The notes under the pieces were generated by a model, which worked only from the letters and a program-made list of their open reading frames with translations, was not told where the DNA came from and made no database searches. Of a DNA stretch of 11,846 nt, positions 1 to 7,320 are shown in pieces. Numbering within the stretch: the stretch's first letter is position 1; each line of letters starts with the position of its first letter. This DNA comes from Prasinococcaceae sp. CCMP 1430 (lineage: Eukaryota; Plantae; Prasinodermophyta). A program made the position numbers and the translations under genes. The stretch lies in NCBI GenBank assembly GCA_013416795.1, contig RQSC01000011.1, positions 381,738-393,583 of the forward strand, written 5' to 3'.

Positions 1-2
1 GA

Positions 3-565
3 GGACGCGGAGGCGCGGCTGCGGCCGCGAGCGCCGCGAGCGCCGCAGGGCTGCTGCCGTTGCTCGCGCTGCTCCTGCTCGCGCTCGCGCAGGCGCAGGC
101 GGTGCTCGTGTCGGCAGAGGCAGGCGCCGCCGCGGACGTGTCGGCGCGCGAGTCTGGCGCCCCTCAGCATGCGGGTGAGCTGCCGGACGTGAGCGAGCGT
201 GGCATCCCTCTCAAGTGCGTGCGCGTGGCCACCCATGTGCGCGCGCGAGCGAGCGATCGTTCGTCGCATCTGCGCGTGCGCCCGCGCTGACCGCGCCCGC
301 CGCGCGCCGCGGCTGCAGGTTCGGCGAGAAGGTCGCTCTCACCGAACTGGGGCCCATCATTGTCAACACGGACTGCTCGATGCGGCGCATTGACAACTGG
401 GCAGAGATGACCGAGCGCGAGCGGCAGGCGACCCAGGCGCGCGTGTCCAAGCGCAACGCGGCGCGCCTCGAGAGGTGCCGAGCGCTCGAGGCTGCCGGCG
501 AGCTCGGGGGGGCCGGGGGGGGCGGCCTGATGGAAGCAGAGGCAGACGCGCGCGGCGAGCTCTGA
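3..565 (+). CDS. 5'-truncated two-exon gene (exons <3-214 and 319-565); small uncharacterised protein with a signal-peptide-like hydrophobic segment
   Basis: The frame is open from the window start (..GLLPLLALLLLALAQAQAVLVSAEAG..). Splicing out 215-318 joins AA|G to give ..GIPLK-FGEKVALTELGPIIVNTDCSMRRIDNWAEMTERERQATQARVSKRNAARL..ARGEL*. Exon 2 has high GC3. TGTAA lies 65 nt after the stop. Confidence 0.6.
215..318 (+). other. Spliceosomal intron, 104 nt
   Basis: GTGCGT donor at 215, CTGAC branch-like motif at 286-290, CTGCAG acceptor ending at 318. Removal joins ORF 60..290 in frame to ORF 215..565. Confidence 0.65.
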
Positions 566-629
566 CTGGCACCCGCACCCGGCGGCCTCGCGTGCGGCTT
601 GTACTTCTGCGTGTGCGTGCCACACACCA

Positions 630-634
630 TGTAA
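630..634 (+). promoter_or_regulatory. Candidate TGTAA polyadenylation signal of gene 1
   Basis: TGTAA 65 nt downstream of the stop at 565. UGUAA is the established poly(A) signal of Chlamydomonas-type green algae. Confidence 0.4.
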
Positions 635-918
635 CACGACCATTCAACGCCTTCCCGCTGTGGCGGGCCTCTTGCGAGTGCTAGCGAGCGAGGGCCGTCG
701 TTGCTGGGCGCGCGCGCGCCAGCAGTGCGCGGGCGGCGTCCGGGCGACATCGTTCGAATGATACACGAGCATGTTACATATCCGTTGCGCGGCCGTCAGA
801 GTATGCCAGCCTCGCGCAGCGCTGCGGAGGGAGCCAAGGCGTCGCGGCGGGGCGAGGCGGGCGCTCGCGCGGGCGGAGGCACCGGAAGGTCGTGGGTGGG
901 TGCGAGGTGGGGCGGGTT

Positions 919-3528
919 ATGCCAGCGACCGCGACGGCGACCGCATCCGACGCTGCGCTGGCGCGACGCGGGACCGCCGCGTCCGCGGCTACGCAGGGCG
1001 CCGGCGCCAGCACGACCCCGCTCGGGAAGGCGCACGCCGAGCCCGCTGGGCGCATGTGGGCGCAATGGGCGTTGGTGGCGCTCGGTGCGTCGCTCCTCCT
1101 GGCCGGCGCCGTGGCAGCCGCGGGGGCGTCGGGCGCCAGGCACGACATCGTGCGCGTGACAAGCCGCGTGGGGGGCGCGCCGGCGACGACCGATGTGCGC
1201 CGGCACGCCGAGGGCGCCGCGCGCGCCGAGCGCGCGAGGGAAGGGGCTCCGAAGGAGGCAACCGCCGCCGCCGCAGACGCCCGTCCCGAGCCCCTCGACG
1301 GCGCCGAGGCGCTCCGCTCGTGGCGCGCGGCCGCGCAGACGGACTGGGGCGCCGTCCCGCCCGGCGGGGGCACCGAGCGCTCGTGGGCGCACTACGAGCG
1401 CGTGCGCTCGCGGTGCGAGTGGCACGCGCGCGCGCCGCGCCGCGAGGTGTCGTCCTACCAGCACTACCTGAACGACCACGACTGGGAGGTCGCCGACCTC
1501 TCTCGCGCGCGCATTGAGGGCGGGGCCAACTCCTCGTCGTCGGTGCGGGAGCAGGTGTGCGACGTCGTCGCGCCGGGCGCGGCGGACTCCCCCGAGGGCG
1601 AGGCGCCGCACGTGTGGCACTTCACGCGCTTCGGGCCCTTCGTGAGCACGGGCGGCCACGACTGGCACCTGGCGGAGACGCACGACCTCGGCGGCTTCGG
1701 CGCCCGGCTCGCGGCGGCAAGCGCGGGCGAGCCGCCCGTCTTGCACGCGGGGGACGCCGCGCGCGCCGCGCGCGCCGACAGCCGCGCCCGCGAGGTGCCC
1801 GTGCCGGTGCTTTGCGGGGCCGAGCCGACCCCCTACGGCCGCGTGCGCTGCTTCTCCTCGCTCGCGGGCGCGCTCGGCGATCCGCGCGCCGTCGCGCGCG
1901 TGCGCCACGTGGGCGCCCTCGCCCTCGAGAACAAGACGGAGCAGGCGCTGACCGCCGCGAGGCTGGCCGTCCTGGGGAGGCCGGACGTGGCGACGCTCGT
2001 GGCGAGCGCCTCATCGGCCGCCGTCCGGTGCAGGGAGCGCCTGACGGAGCAGATCGCGCGCCTGGCGGGCAGCCGCCAAGGCGGCGCGGCGCTCGTGCAG
2101 ATGGCCGACGGCCTGCGCGGCGCGGTCGCCGTGACGGGCGTCATGAGCGGGGCCGTCGACGCGACGAGCGGCGCGCTGCTGGGCTCCCCGCCGGTGCACA
2201 TGCACCACTCGCACGTGTACGACGGCCACATCGGCCTGTTCGCCGAGTGGCACGCCGACTCGCACTGCACGTCGGCCGAGGGTGGGCCCAGGTGCTACCT
2301 GCTGCTGCTGCCGGAGGGCGTGCGCATGTCGCCCAGGTACGCGCTCGCGTACGAGGCCGAGCTCAACGACATCCGCCCCGCGGGCTCCCCGCCGCTGGAG
2401 TTCTACGTCGAGGCGATGGTGAGGTACCGCTGGGCGTGCGGCGAGGGCGAGGGCGAGGGAGGGGGGGCGAGTCCTCGCGAGGGGCTTGTTGAGGGGGGTC
2501 ATGAGGGTGCTCATCACGATGGGGCTCTCGAGGGGGCGCCTTCGGCGTGCCCCTCGTCGTCGGGGGGGGTCGACGGGGCCGCGGTGGAGCCGCCGCTGCC
2601 GGAATTCGGGGGCGGGAGGCGGGGCGGAGTTGGGGCCGGCAAGGACCTCGTCAACGAGCACCCGGTCAACTCCCCCAAGGGCGAGGTCGCGGCCAAGCCC
2701 CCACGCGCGATCGCGCTGATCAACTCGAACAATCCCAAGGACGTGGTCGGCGCGATGGCCCCCGACAAGCTGCGCAACCGCGTGGCCGTCTACAAGCTCC
2801 CCCAGAACTACAGCGCGCTCTGGTTCGCGCAGCCCATGGCGCGCGGCGGCGTGTTCGTGACCAACATGATGCACACGCACCAGCGCGCCCTCCACGGCAT
2901 GCTGGCGTTCCTCGCCACGCCGGGGCAGCTCGGGCTGGAGGCCGCCCTGGACTCCAGCCCAAGCCCCCCTCGTCCTCCTCTGCGAGGGGGGGGGGCTCAG
3001 AGCCCCCCGCGGTCGGGCGTCGCGCATCGCTTCAAGTACAACCGGGAGGCGCTCGAGGACGGCTTTGGCGCCACGCGCGCGCGCAGGGCGAGGGACCGCC
3101 TGGGCGACGCCATCAACTGGCGGTCGTCGCCGTACGGCTTCAGGGTCCTCCCCGGGGGCGCCGAGGAGGCGGACGCGGTGCGCGCGCGCCTGCTGGCGAA
3201 TCTCGCGGCCGCCGCGGACGCGTTCCTCTCGCCCGATGGCGGCCGCGGGCGGCCCCCGCGCCTGCTGTGCGAGGCGCACGCGCCCAACGCGAGCGCAGGC
3301 GGCGAGGAGACGCTGGCGGACGGCCGCGCGTACGCGCGCCGCCCGAGCCTGCGCTGCCCGGGCGCGTCCCGGGACTTCGAGCAGGGCGAGACCCTCACCA
3401 CGGTGTGGTTCAACAAGGGGAGCGCCTTCGGACGGTACCAGCACTCCATATTCAGGGGGCTGTACGCGGGGGCGCCGGGGGAGGGCGTGCCGGCGGCGCT
3501 CTGCATGACGCTCGAGAACTGCGGGTAA
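919..3528 (+). CDS. Uncharacterised secreted or membrane-anchored protein (~870 aa) with His motifs; possible copper type II monooxygenase (PHM/DBH)-like fold
   Basis: Long ORF with high GC3. First ATG at 919; alternative ATG at 1054 precedes a hydrophobic segment (MWAQWALVALGASLLLAGAVAAA). Motifs WHFTRFGPF, PVHMHHSHV, WHADSHC, MMHTHQ, YQHSIF. The function is inferred from motifs only. Confidence 0.7.
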   Translation: MPATATATASDAALARRGTAASAATQGAGASTTPLGKAHAEPAGRMWAQWALVALGASLLLAGAVAAAGASGARHDIVRVTSRVGGAPATTDVRRHAEGAARAERAREGAPKEATAAAADARPEPLDGAEALRSWRAAAQTDWGAVPPGGGTERSWAHYERVRSRCEWHARAPRREVSSYQHYLNDHDWEVADLSRARIEGGANSSSSVREQVCDVVAPGAADSPEGEAPHVWHFTRFGPFVSTGGHDWHLAETHDLGGFGARLAAASAGEPPVLHAGDAARAARADSRAREVPVPVLCGAEPTPYGRVRCFSSLAGALGDPRAVARVRHVGALALENKTEQALTAARLAVLGRPDVATLVASASSAAVRCRERLTEQIARLAGSRQGGAALVQMADGLRGAVAVTGVMSGAVDATSGALLGSPPVHMHHSHVYDGHIGLFAEWHADSHCTSAEGGPRCYLLLLPEGVRMSPRYALAYEAELNDIRPAGSPPLEFYVEAMVRYRWACGEGEGEGGGASPREGLVEGGHEGAHHDGALEGAPSACPSSSGGVDGAAVEPPLPEFGGGRRGGVGAGKDLVNEHPVNSPKGEVAAKPPRAIALINSNNPKDVVGAMAPDKLRNRVAVYKLPQNYSALWFAQPMARGGVFVTNMMHTHQRALHGMLAFLATPGQLGLEAALDSSPSPPRPPLRGGGAQSPPRSGVAHRFKYNREALEDGFGATRARRARDRLGDAINWRSSPYGFRVLPGGAEEADAVRARLLANLAAAADAFLSPDGGRGRPPRLLCEAHAPNASAGGEETLADGRAYARRPSLRCPGASRDFEQGETLTTVWFNKGSAFGRYQHSIFRGLYAGAPGEGVPAALCMTLENCG

Positions 3529-3644
3529 TAACTTTTTGCAGCAGGGGCGCGAGCAGCTCCGCGCGCTCGCAGGCTTTGCGCGCGCGCGCCCGCGCGACCC
3601 AAACGCGCCTGCTGCACCGTCAGATTGTACGCCGGAGTGACTCT

Positions 3645-3676
3645 CTAGCTAGCAAGCTAGCTAGCTAGCTAGCTAG
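3645..3676. repeat. (CTAG)n self-complementary tetranucleotide array (8 units, one CAAG variant)
   Basis: ctagctagcaagctagctagctagctagctag, between the convergent stops at 3528 and 3820. Confidence 0.9.
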
Positions 3677-3819
3677 CGAGTGTACTATGTAGCTGAAGTG
3701 CGGGCGGGAGCCGATGGCAGAGTGGGAGGCGATTCGAGTGTGGTGATTTGTCCGCGCCAGTAGCGCGCGCTCGGGCGAAGCGTGTGCGCCGACCGCCTCT
3801 CGACGGCCCTCCTCCTCAC

Positions 3820-6414
3820 TCACTTGGGCGTGCACACGTTCTTCTTGAATGTGCAGAGCTTCTTGGCGTCGCCCTGCTTGCACTCCTTCTTGTTCTTGGC
3901 GGCCTTGCAGAGCTTCTTGATGGCCTTTTTGGAGAGCTCGGACTGGTCGGTCTTCTTCGACTTCTTGTTCTTGTTGTTCTTCTTCTTCTTCATGCCGGTG
4001 GGCTCCTCGCCCTCCTCGGGAGGAGGCGACGGGGCGCCGGAGAGCTTGTCGGACTTGCCGGCCTTCTTCTTCTTCTGCTTGCCGGTGGGCTCCTCGCCCT
4101 CCTCGGGAGGAGGCGACGGGGCGCCGGAGAGCTTGTCGGACTTGCCGGCCTTCTTCTTCTTCTGCTTGCCGGTGGGCTCCTCGCCCTCCTCGGGAGGAGG
4201 CGACGGGGCGCCGGAGAGCTTGTCGGACTTGCCGGCCTTCTTCTTGCTCTTCTTCTTGCTCTTTTTCTTGTCCTTGCCGGTGGGCGACGACGCGCCTGGC
4301 AGAGTGATGTCGAGGGCACCTGCGCTCACCGAGGACCACGCGCCCACGCCGCTCGGCGCGTCCGCCTGGCCGTCGTCGTTGGATCCCCAGCAGTGCATCC
4401 AGGCCTGCGCGACGCCGCAGGTGTGGTAGTATCCGGCGCTCACGGAGGACCACTCGCCCACGTCGCTCGGCACGTCCGTCTGGCCGTAGGAGCTGCGTCC
4501 CCAGCAGTGCAGCGCGCCGTCGGCCAGCGCGACGCCGCACGTGTGGAAGGACTGGCCGTAGGAGCTCCGTCCCCAGCAGTGCAGCGCGCCGTCGGCCAGC
4601 GCGACGCCGCACGTGTGGAAGGTTCCGGGCGAGTGCCTCCTGGTGCGCGAGTGTCACGACCCGTGCAGCGAGACCGGCTTCTCATTCCACCCCCAGCAGT
4701 GGAGCGCGCCGTCGGCCCGCGCGACGCCGCACGTGTGGGCCCCTCCGGCGCTCACGGAGGACCACGCGCGGACGGCGCCCGGCACGTCCGCCTGGCCCGC
4801 GTAGTTGGACCCCCAGCAGTGGAGCGCGCCGTCGGCCCGCGCGACGCCGCACGTGTGGAAGAGTCCGGCGCTCACGGAGGACCACGCGTTGTCGCGCCCT
4901 GCATCGTGCGGCACGTGCACGTAGCCGTCGCGGCCCCAGCAGCGCAGCTCGCCGTCGGCGTGCGCGAGGCCGCACGTGTGCGAGCGCCCGGCGCTCACGG
5001 ATCGCGACGAGTCGTCCACAGCGAGGGGCGGCGGAGATTGGGGGTTGTTGGGCGGCGGGCTCGGAGGCAGGCTCGGAGGAGGCGGGCTCGGCGGAGGCGG
5101 GCTCGGCGGAGGCGGGCTCGGAGACGGGCTTGGAGGAGGCGGGCTCGGCGGAGGCGCGCTCGGAGGAGGCGGGCTCGGAGGAGGCGCGCTCGGAGGAGGC
5201 GGGCTCGGAGGAGGCGGGCTCGGCGGAGGCGAGCTCGGCGGAGGCGGGCTCGGAGGCGGGCTCGGAGGAGGCGGGCTCGGCGGAGGCGGGCTCGGAGGCG
5301 GGCTCGGAGGAGGCGGGCTCGGAGGAGGCGGGCTCGGAGGAGGTGGGCTCAGCGGAGGCGGGCTCGGCGGAGGCGGGCTCGGCGGAGGCGGGCTCGGCGG
5401 AGGCGGGCTCGGAGGAGGCGGGCTCGGAGGAGGCGGGCTCGGCGGAGGCGGGCTCGAGGGGTTAAGGTTGAGCATGTACGCGGCGCCTCGACCACCGGAG
5501 CAGCGAAAGTCGTCGTAGTCACAGGTGTATTCGACGTCGGGATCTTTGGCGTCAGGAGCGCCCACCAGCGCGTAGTCGCCCGAGAGCGCCACGCCGGCGC
5601 CGAACTCGTCACCCCCCGCGCCGTCGCTAGCCACCAGCTTGGCCTGCTGCGACCACGACGTCCCCGAGCGGGAAAACACGTACGCGCTGCCGCTGTCGGT
5701 GCCGCCGTCGTCGTCCTTCCAAGCGCCCACCAGCGCGTAGTCGCCCGAGAGCGCCACGCTGAAGCCGAAGTAGTCACCGAACGCGCCGTCGCCGGCCACC
5801 AGCTTGGCCTGCTGCGACCACGACGTCCCGTCGCGCACGAACACGTACGCGCTGCCGCTGGCGGCGCCGTTGTCGCCGTCCCCATAAGCGCCCACCAGCG
5901 CGTAGTCGCCCGAGAGCGCCACGCTAAAGCCGAAGTTGTCACCCGCCGCGCCGTCGCTGGCCACCAGCTTGGCCTGCTGCGACCACGACGTTCCCGACCG
6001 AAAGAACACGTACGCGCTGCCGCTATATGAGCCGTTGTCTTCGTCCCCATAAGCGCCCACCAGCGCGTAGTCGCCCGAGAGCGCCACGCTGGTGCCGAAG
6101 TTGTCATTGTCCGCGGCGTCGCCGGCCACCAGCTTGGCCTGCTGCGACCACGACGTCCCCGAGCGGAAAAACACGTACACGCTGCCGCTGTCGGTGCCGT
6201 CGTCGTCGTCCCCATAAGCGCCCACCAGCGCGTAGTCGCCCGAGAGCGCCACGCTGTTGCCGAAGTCGTCACCCTCCGCGCCGTCGCCGGCCACCAGCTT
6301 GGACACTTGCACCGGGGCGGCATGCGTCATGCGCACCGCCATGGTCGCCAGCATCGCAGCCCATGCAAGCGGGACGGACGTTTTGGGGCGACGCTTTGCG
6401 GGGGTCGACGACAT
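3820..6414 (-). CDS. Mosaic secreted or cell-surface protein: signal peptide, 5 FG-GAP repeats, Ser-Pro4 stalk, ~6 RCC1-like repeats, Lys-rich repeat tail (864 aa if the 4629-4680 anomaly is corrected)
   Basis: ATG at 6414 (MSSTPAKRRPKTSVPLAWAAMLATMAVRMTHA). ORFs 4654..7272 and 3820..4473 share one frame and are separated by a single TGA (4656-4654) that lies inside the complemented segment. Domain motifs: FGxSVALSGDYALVGA..GxxYVF; SPPPP; WSSVSAGxxHTCG..CWG. Confidence 0.85.
3994..4245 (-). repeat. 87-bp coding tandem repeat, 3 copies (29 aa: GKQKKKKAGKSDKLSGAPSPPPEEGEEPT)
   Basis: Copies start at 3994, 4081 and 4168 on the + strand. Copies 1 and 2 are identical; copy 3 is identical over 78 nt. 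Confidence 0.95.
4321..5000 (-). repeat. RCC1/BLIP-II-like repeat region (basic period 120 bp / 40 aa)
   Basis: Six HTCG...CWG cores with SVSAG motifs plus a partial seventh. tccggcgctcacggaggaccac recurs at 4744 and 4864. Confidence 0.85.
4480..4622 (-). repeat. 72-bp tandem duplication of a truncated RCC1 repeat (FHTCGVALADGALHCWGRSSYGQ x2)
   Basis: 4480-4550 matches 4552-4622 with one mismatch (ctgcgt vs ctccgt). Confidence 0.9.
5031..5458 (-). repeat. Extensin/pherophorin-like (Ser-Pro3-4)n stalk, mostly 15-bp units
   Basis: About 27 SPPPP/SPPP units encoded by near-identical ggcggaggcgggctc/ggaggaggcgggctc repeats on the + strand. Confidence 0.9.
5470..6300 (-). repeat. Five FG-GAP repeats, 165-bp / 55-aa period
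   Basis: ccaccagctt recurs at 6291, 6126, 5961, 5796 and 5631 (exact 165-nt spacing). Consensus KLVAxDGAxGDxFGxSVALSGDYALVGAYGDxDxGxxSGSAYVFxRSGTSWSQQA. The fifth copy diverges, with a Cys-containing loop. Confidence 0.92.
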
Positions 6415-6420
6415 CTTGTT

Positions 6421-6426
6421 TTGTTG

Positions 6427-6458
<32 letters not shown>

Positions 6459-6468
6459 GGTGGTGGTG
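6421..6468 (-). repeat. Compound microsatellite (CAC)8(CAA)8 immediately 5' of the start codon
   Basis: + strand (TTG)8 at 6421-6444 and (GTG)8 at 6445-6468, followed on the minus strand by AACAAG-ATG. Confidence 0.92.
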
Positions 6469-6628
6469 GGGGTACCGCCCCGCCGACCGGGGCCCCGCCG
6501 CCGATCGGCGCCGGCCGCGCGGGGGAACCACCGCAGCGTGCTCTCCCGTTCCCGTTCCCCCACCGCGCACAGCGGCATCGCCGCGCGTGCCCTTGCTTTT
6601 GTTCCTGTCGGTGCGCGCTGCGCGAAAA

Positions 6629-6648
6629 CGCGCGCGCGCGCGCGCGCG
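6629..6648. repeat. (CG)10 alternating tract flanked by A-tracts
   Basis: aaaa-cgcgcgcgcgcgcgcgcgcg-aaaagaattttt in the intergenic region upstream of the FG-GAP gene. Confidence 0.9.
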
Positions 6649-7320
6649 AAAAGAATTTTTCCCGCCCTCTTCGCCGCAGCCGCGGCTGCTCCAGTAGCGA
6701 CCATGCTGGGACGCACGCGCGCCGGGGCGAGCCGAGCGAGGGGTGACGTCGCCCGAGCGCGACCGCGACGCGACCCCGAGAACCGAACCGACACACCGAG
6801 TGGCGGATGATGGTAATCTGGGTGGGTGGGGCGGGGGGGGGGAAAGTTTGCGGGGCAGGCGAGCGCGCCCTCCACCCTCTTTCGTCCGCCCCCATCGATA
6901 CCACGGCTGCGAAAGCGCGGGCGTGCGCTCGTTCGGCGCGCGTTTCCGTTCCCGTCCCCATTTCGTTGTGCCCGCTCCGCCAAATGGCCGCGCGTCTCTC
7001 CCATCGGAGAGCATCCGTATCGCCGTGTGCCCCATCCACGTCTGAAATGGCCGCGAAAAAACGCGGGCGAACCCGCGGAAACGGCGCGGAAAGGGGCCCC
7101 CGTGGGTGCGCGGGGCGGGCGCGCGCGCGCGCGCACACGGGAGACGTCGTGTCGGGGCGCCCACCCACCCCGCCGGCAACATCCCGCGGAGCGGGGGCGC
7201 GGCGGGAAATCCATGCGCACCCGAGAAAGCCCACGGAACACTCCGGTCAGCCGGTCCGCCCGCGCCCGCCACGCGCGTGTTTCGGTGGAGTAGACCCCCC
7301 CCCTCGTCTCCCCCTCCCCC

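Noticed and set aside
774-778. Minus-strand TGTAA suggesting an antisense transcript end
   Set aside because: No supported minus-strand gene ends nearby, and a single 5-mer is not sufficient evidence.
2990-3008. GGGGGGCT-cag-AGCCCCCC hairpin
   Set aside because: An 8-bp stem of G/C runs inside a CDS is expected by chance at this GC content.
4654-4656. UGA-C stop read-through or selenocysteine at the in-frame TGA
   Set aside because: The TGA is not at a conserved Cys and the flanking codons do not match the repeat. It is the complement of an ordinary ACT (Thr) codon.
4629-4680. Ordinary micro-inversion or foreign insertion
   Set aside because: The reverse complement does not match the repeat; only the unreversed complement does. 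The length is exactly in register with the 120-bp period.
4640-4690. A 51-nt in-frame GT..AG intron (minus strand) that would remove the TGA
   Set aside because: The donor (GTGGAA) is weak and splicing would delete half an RCC1 blade. The complement-in-place explanation restores the repeat exactly, so the GT/AG pair is probably coincidental.
3748-6030. Antisense and alternative-frame ORFs (poly-Arg, poly-Gly, EEAGS repeats) and similar shadow ORFs over the other genes
   Set aside because: They are shadows of GC3-rich, repetitive coding sequence on the opposite strand or in other frames, with no independent domain signal.
5470-6300. Regular repeat arrays as CRISPR or a mobile element
   Set aside because: The units are whole-codon coding repeats without unique spacers. 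No cas, transposase, RT or terminal repeats are seen in the window.
6415-7272. N-terminal extension of the FG-GAP ORF, including poly-His/poly-Gln
   Set aside because: It is an Arg/Ala/Gly-rich open frame typical of high-GC non-coding DNA. It would bury the signal peptide that follows ATG 6414.
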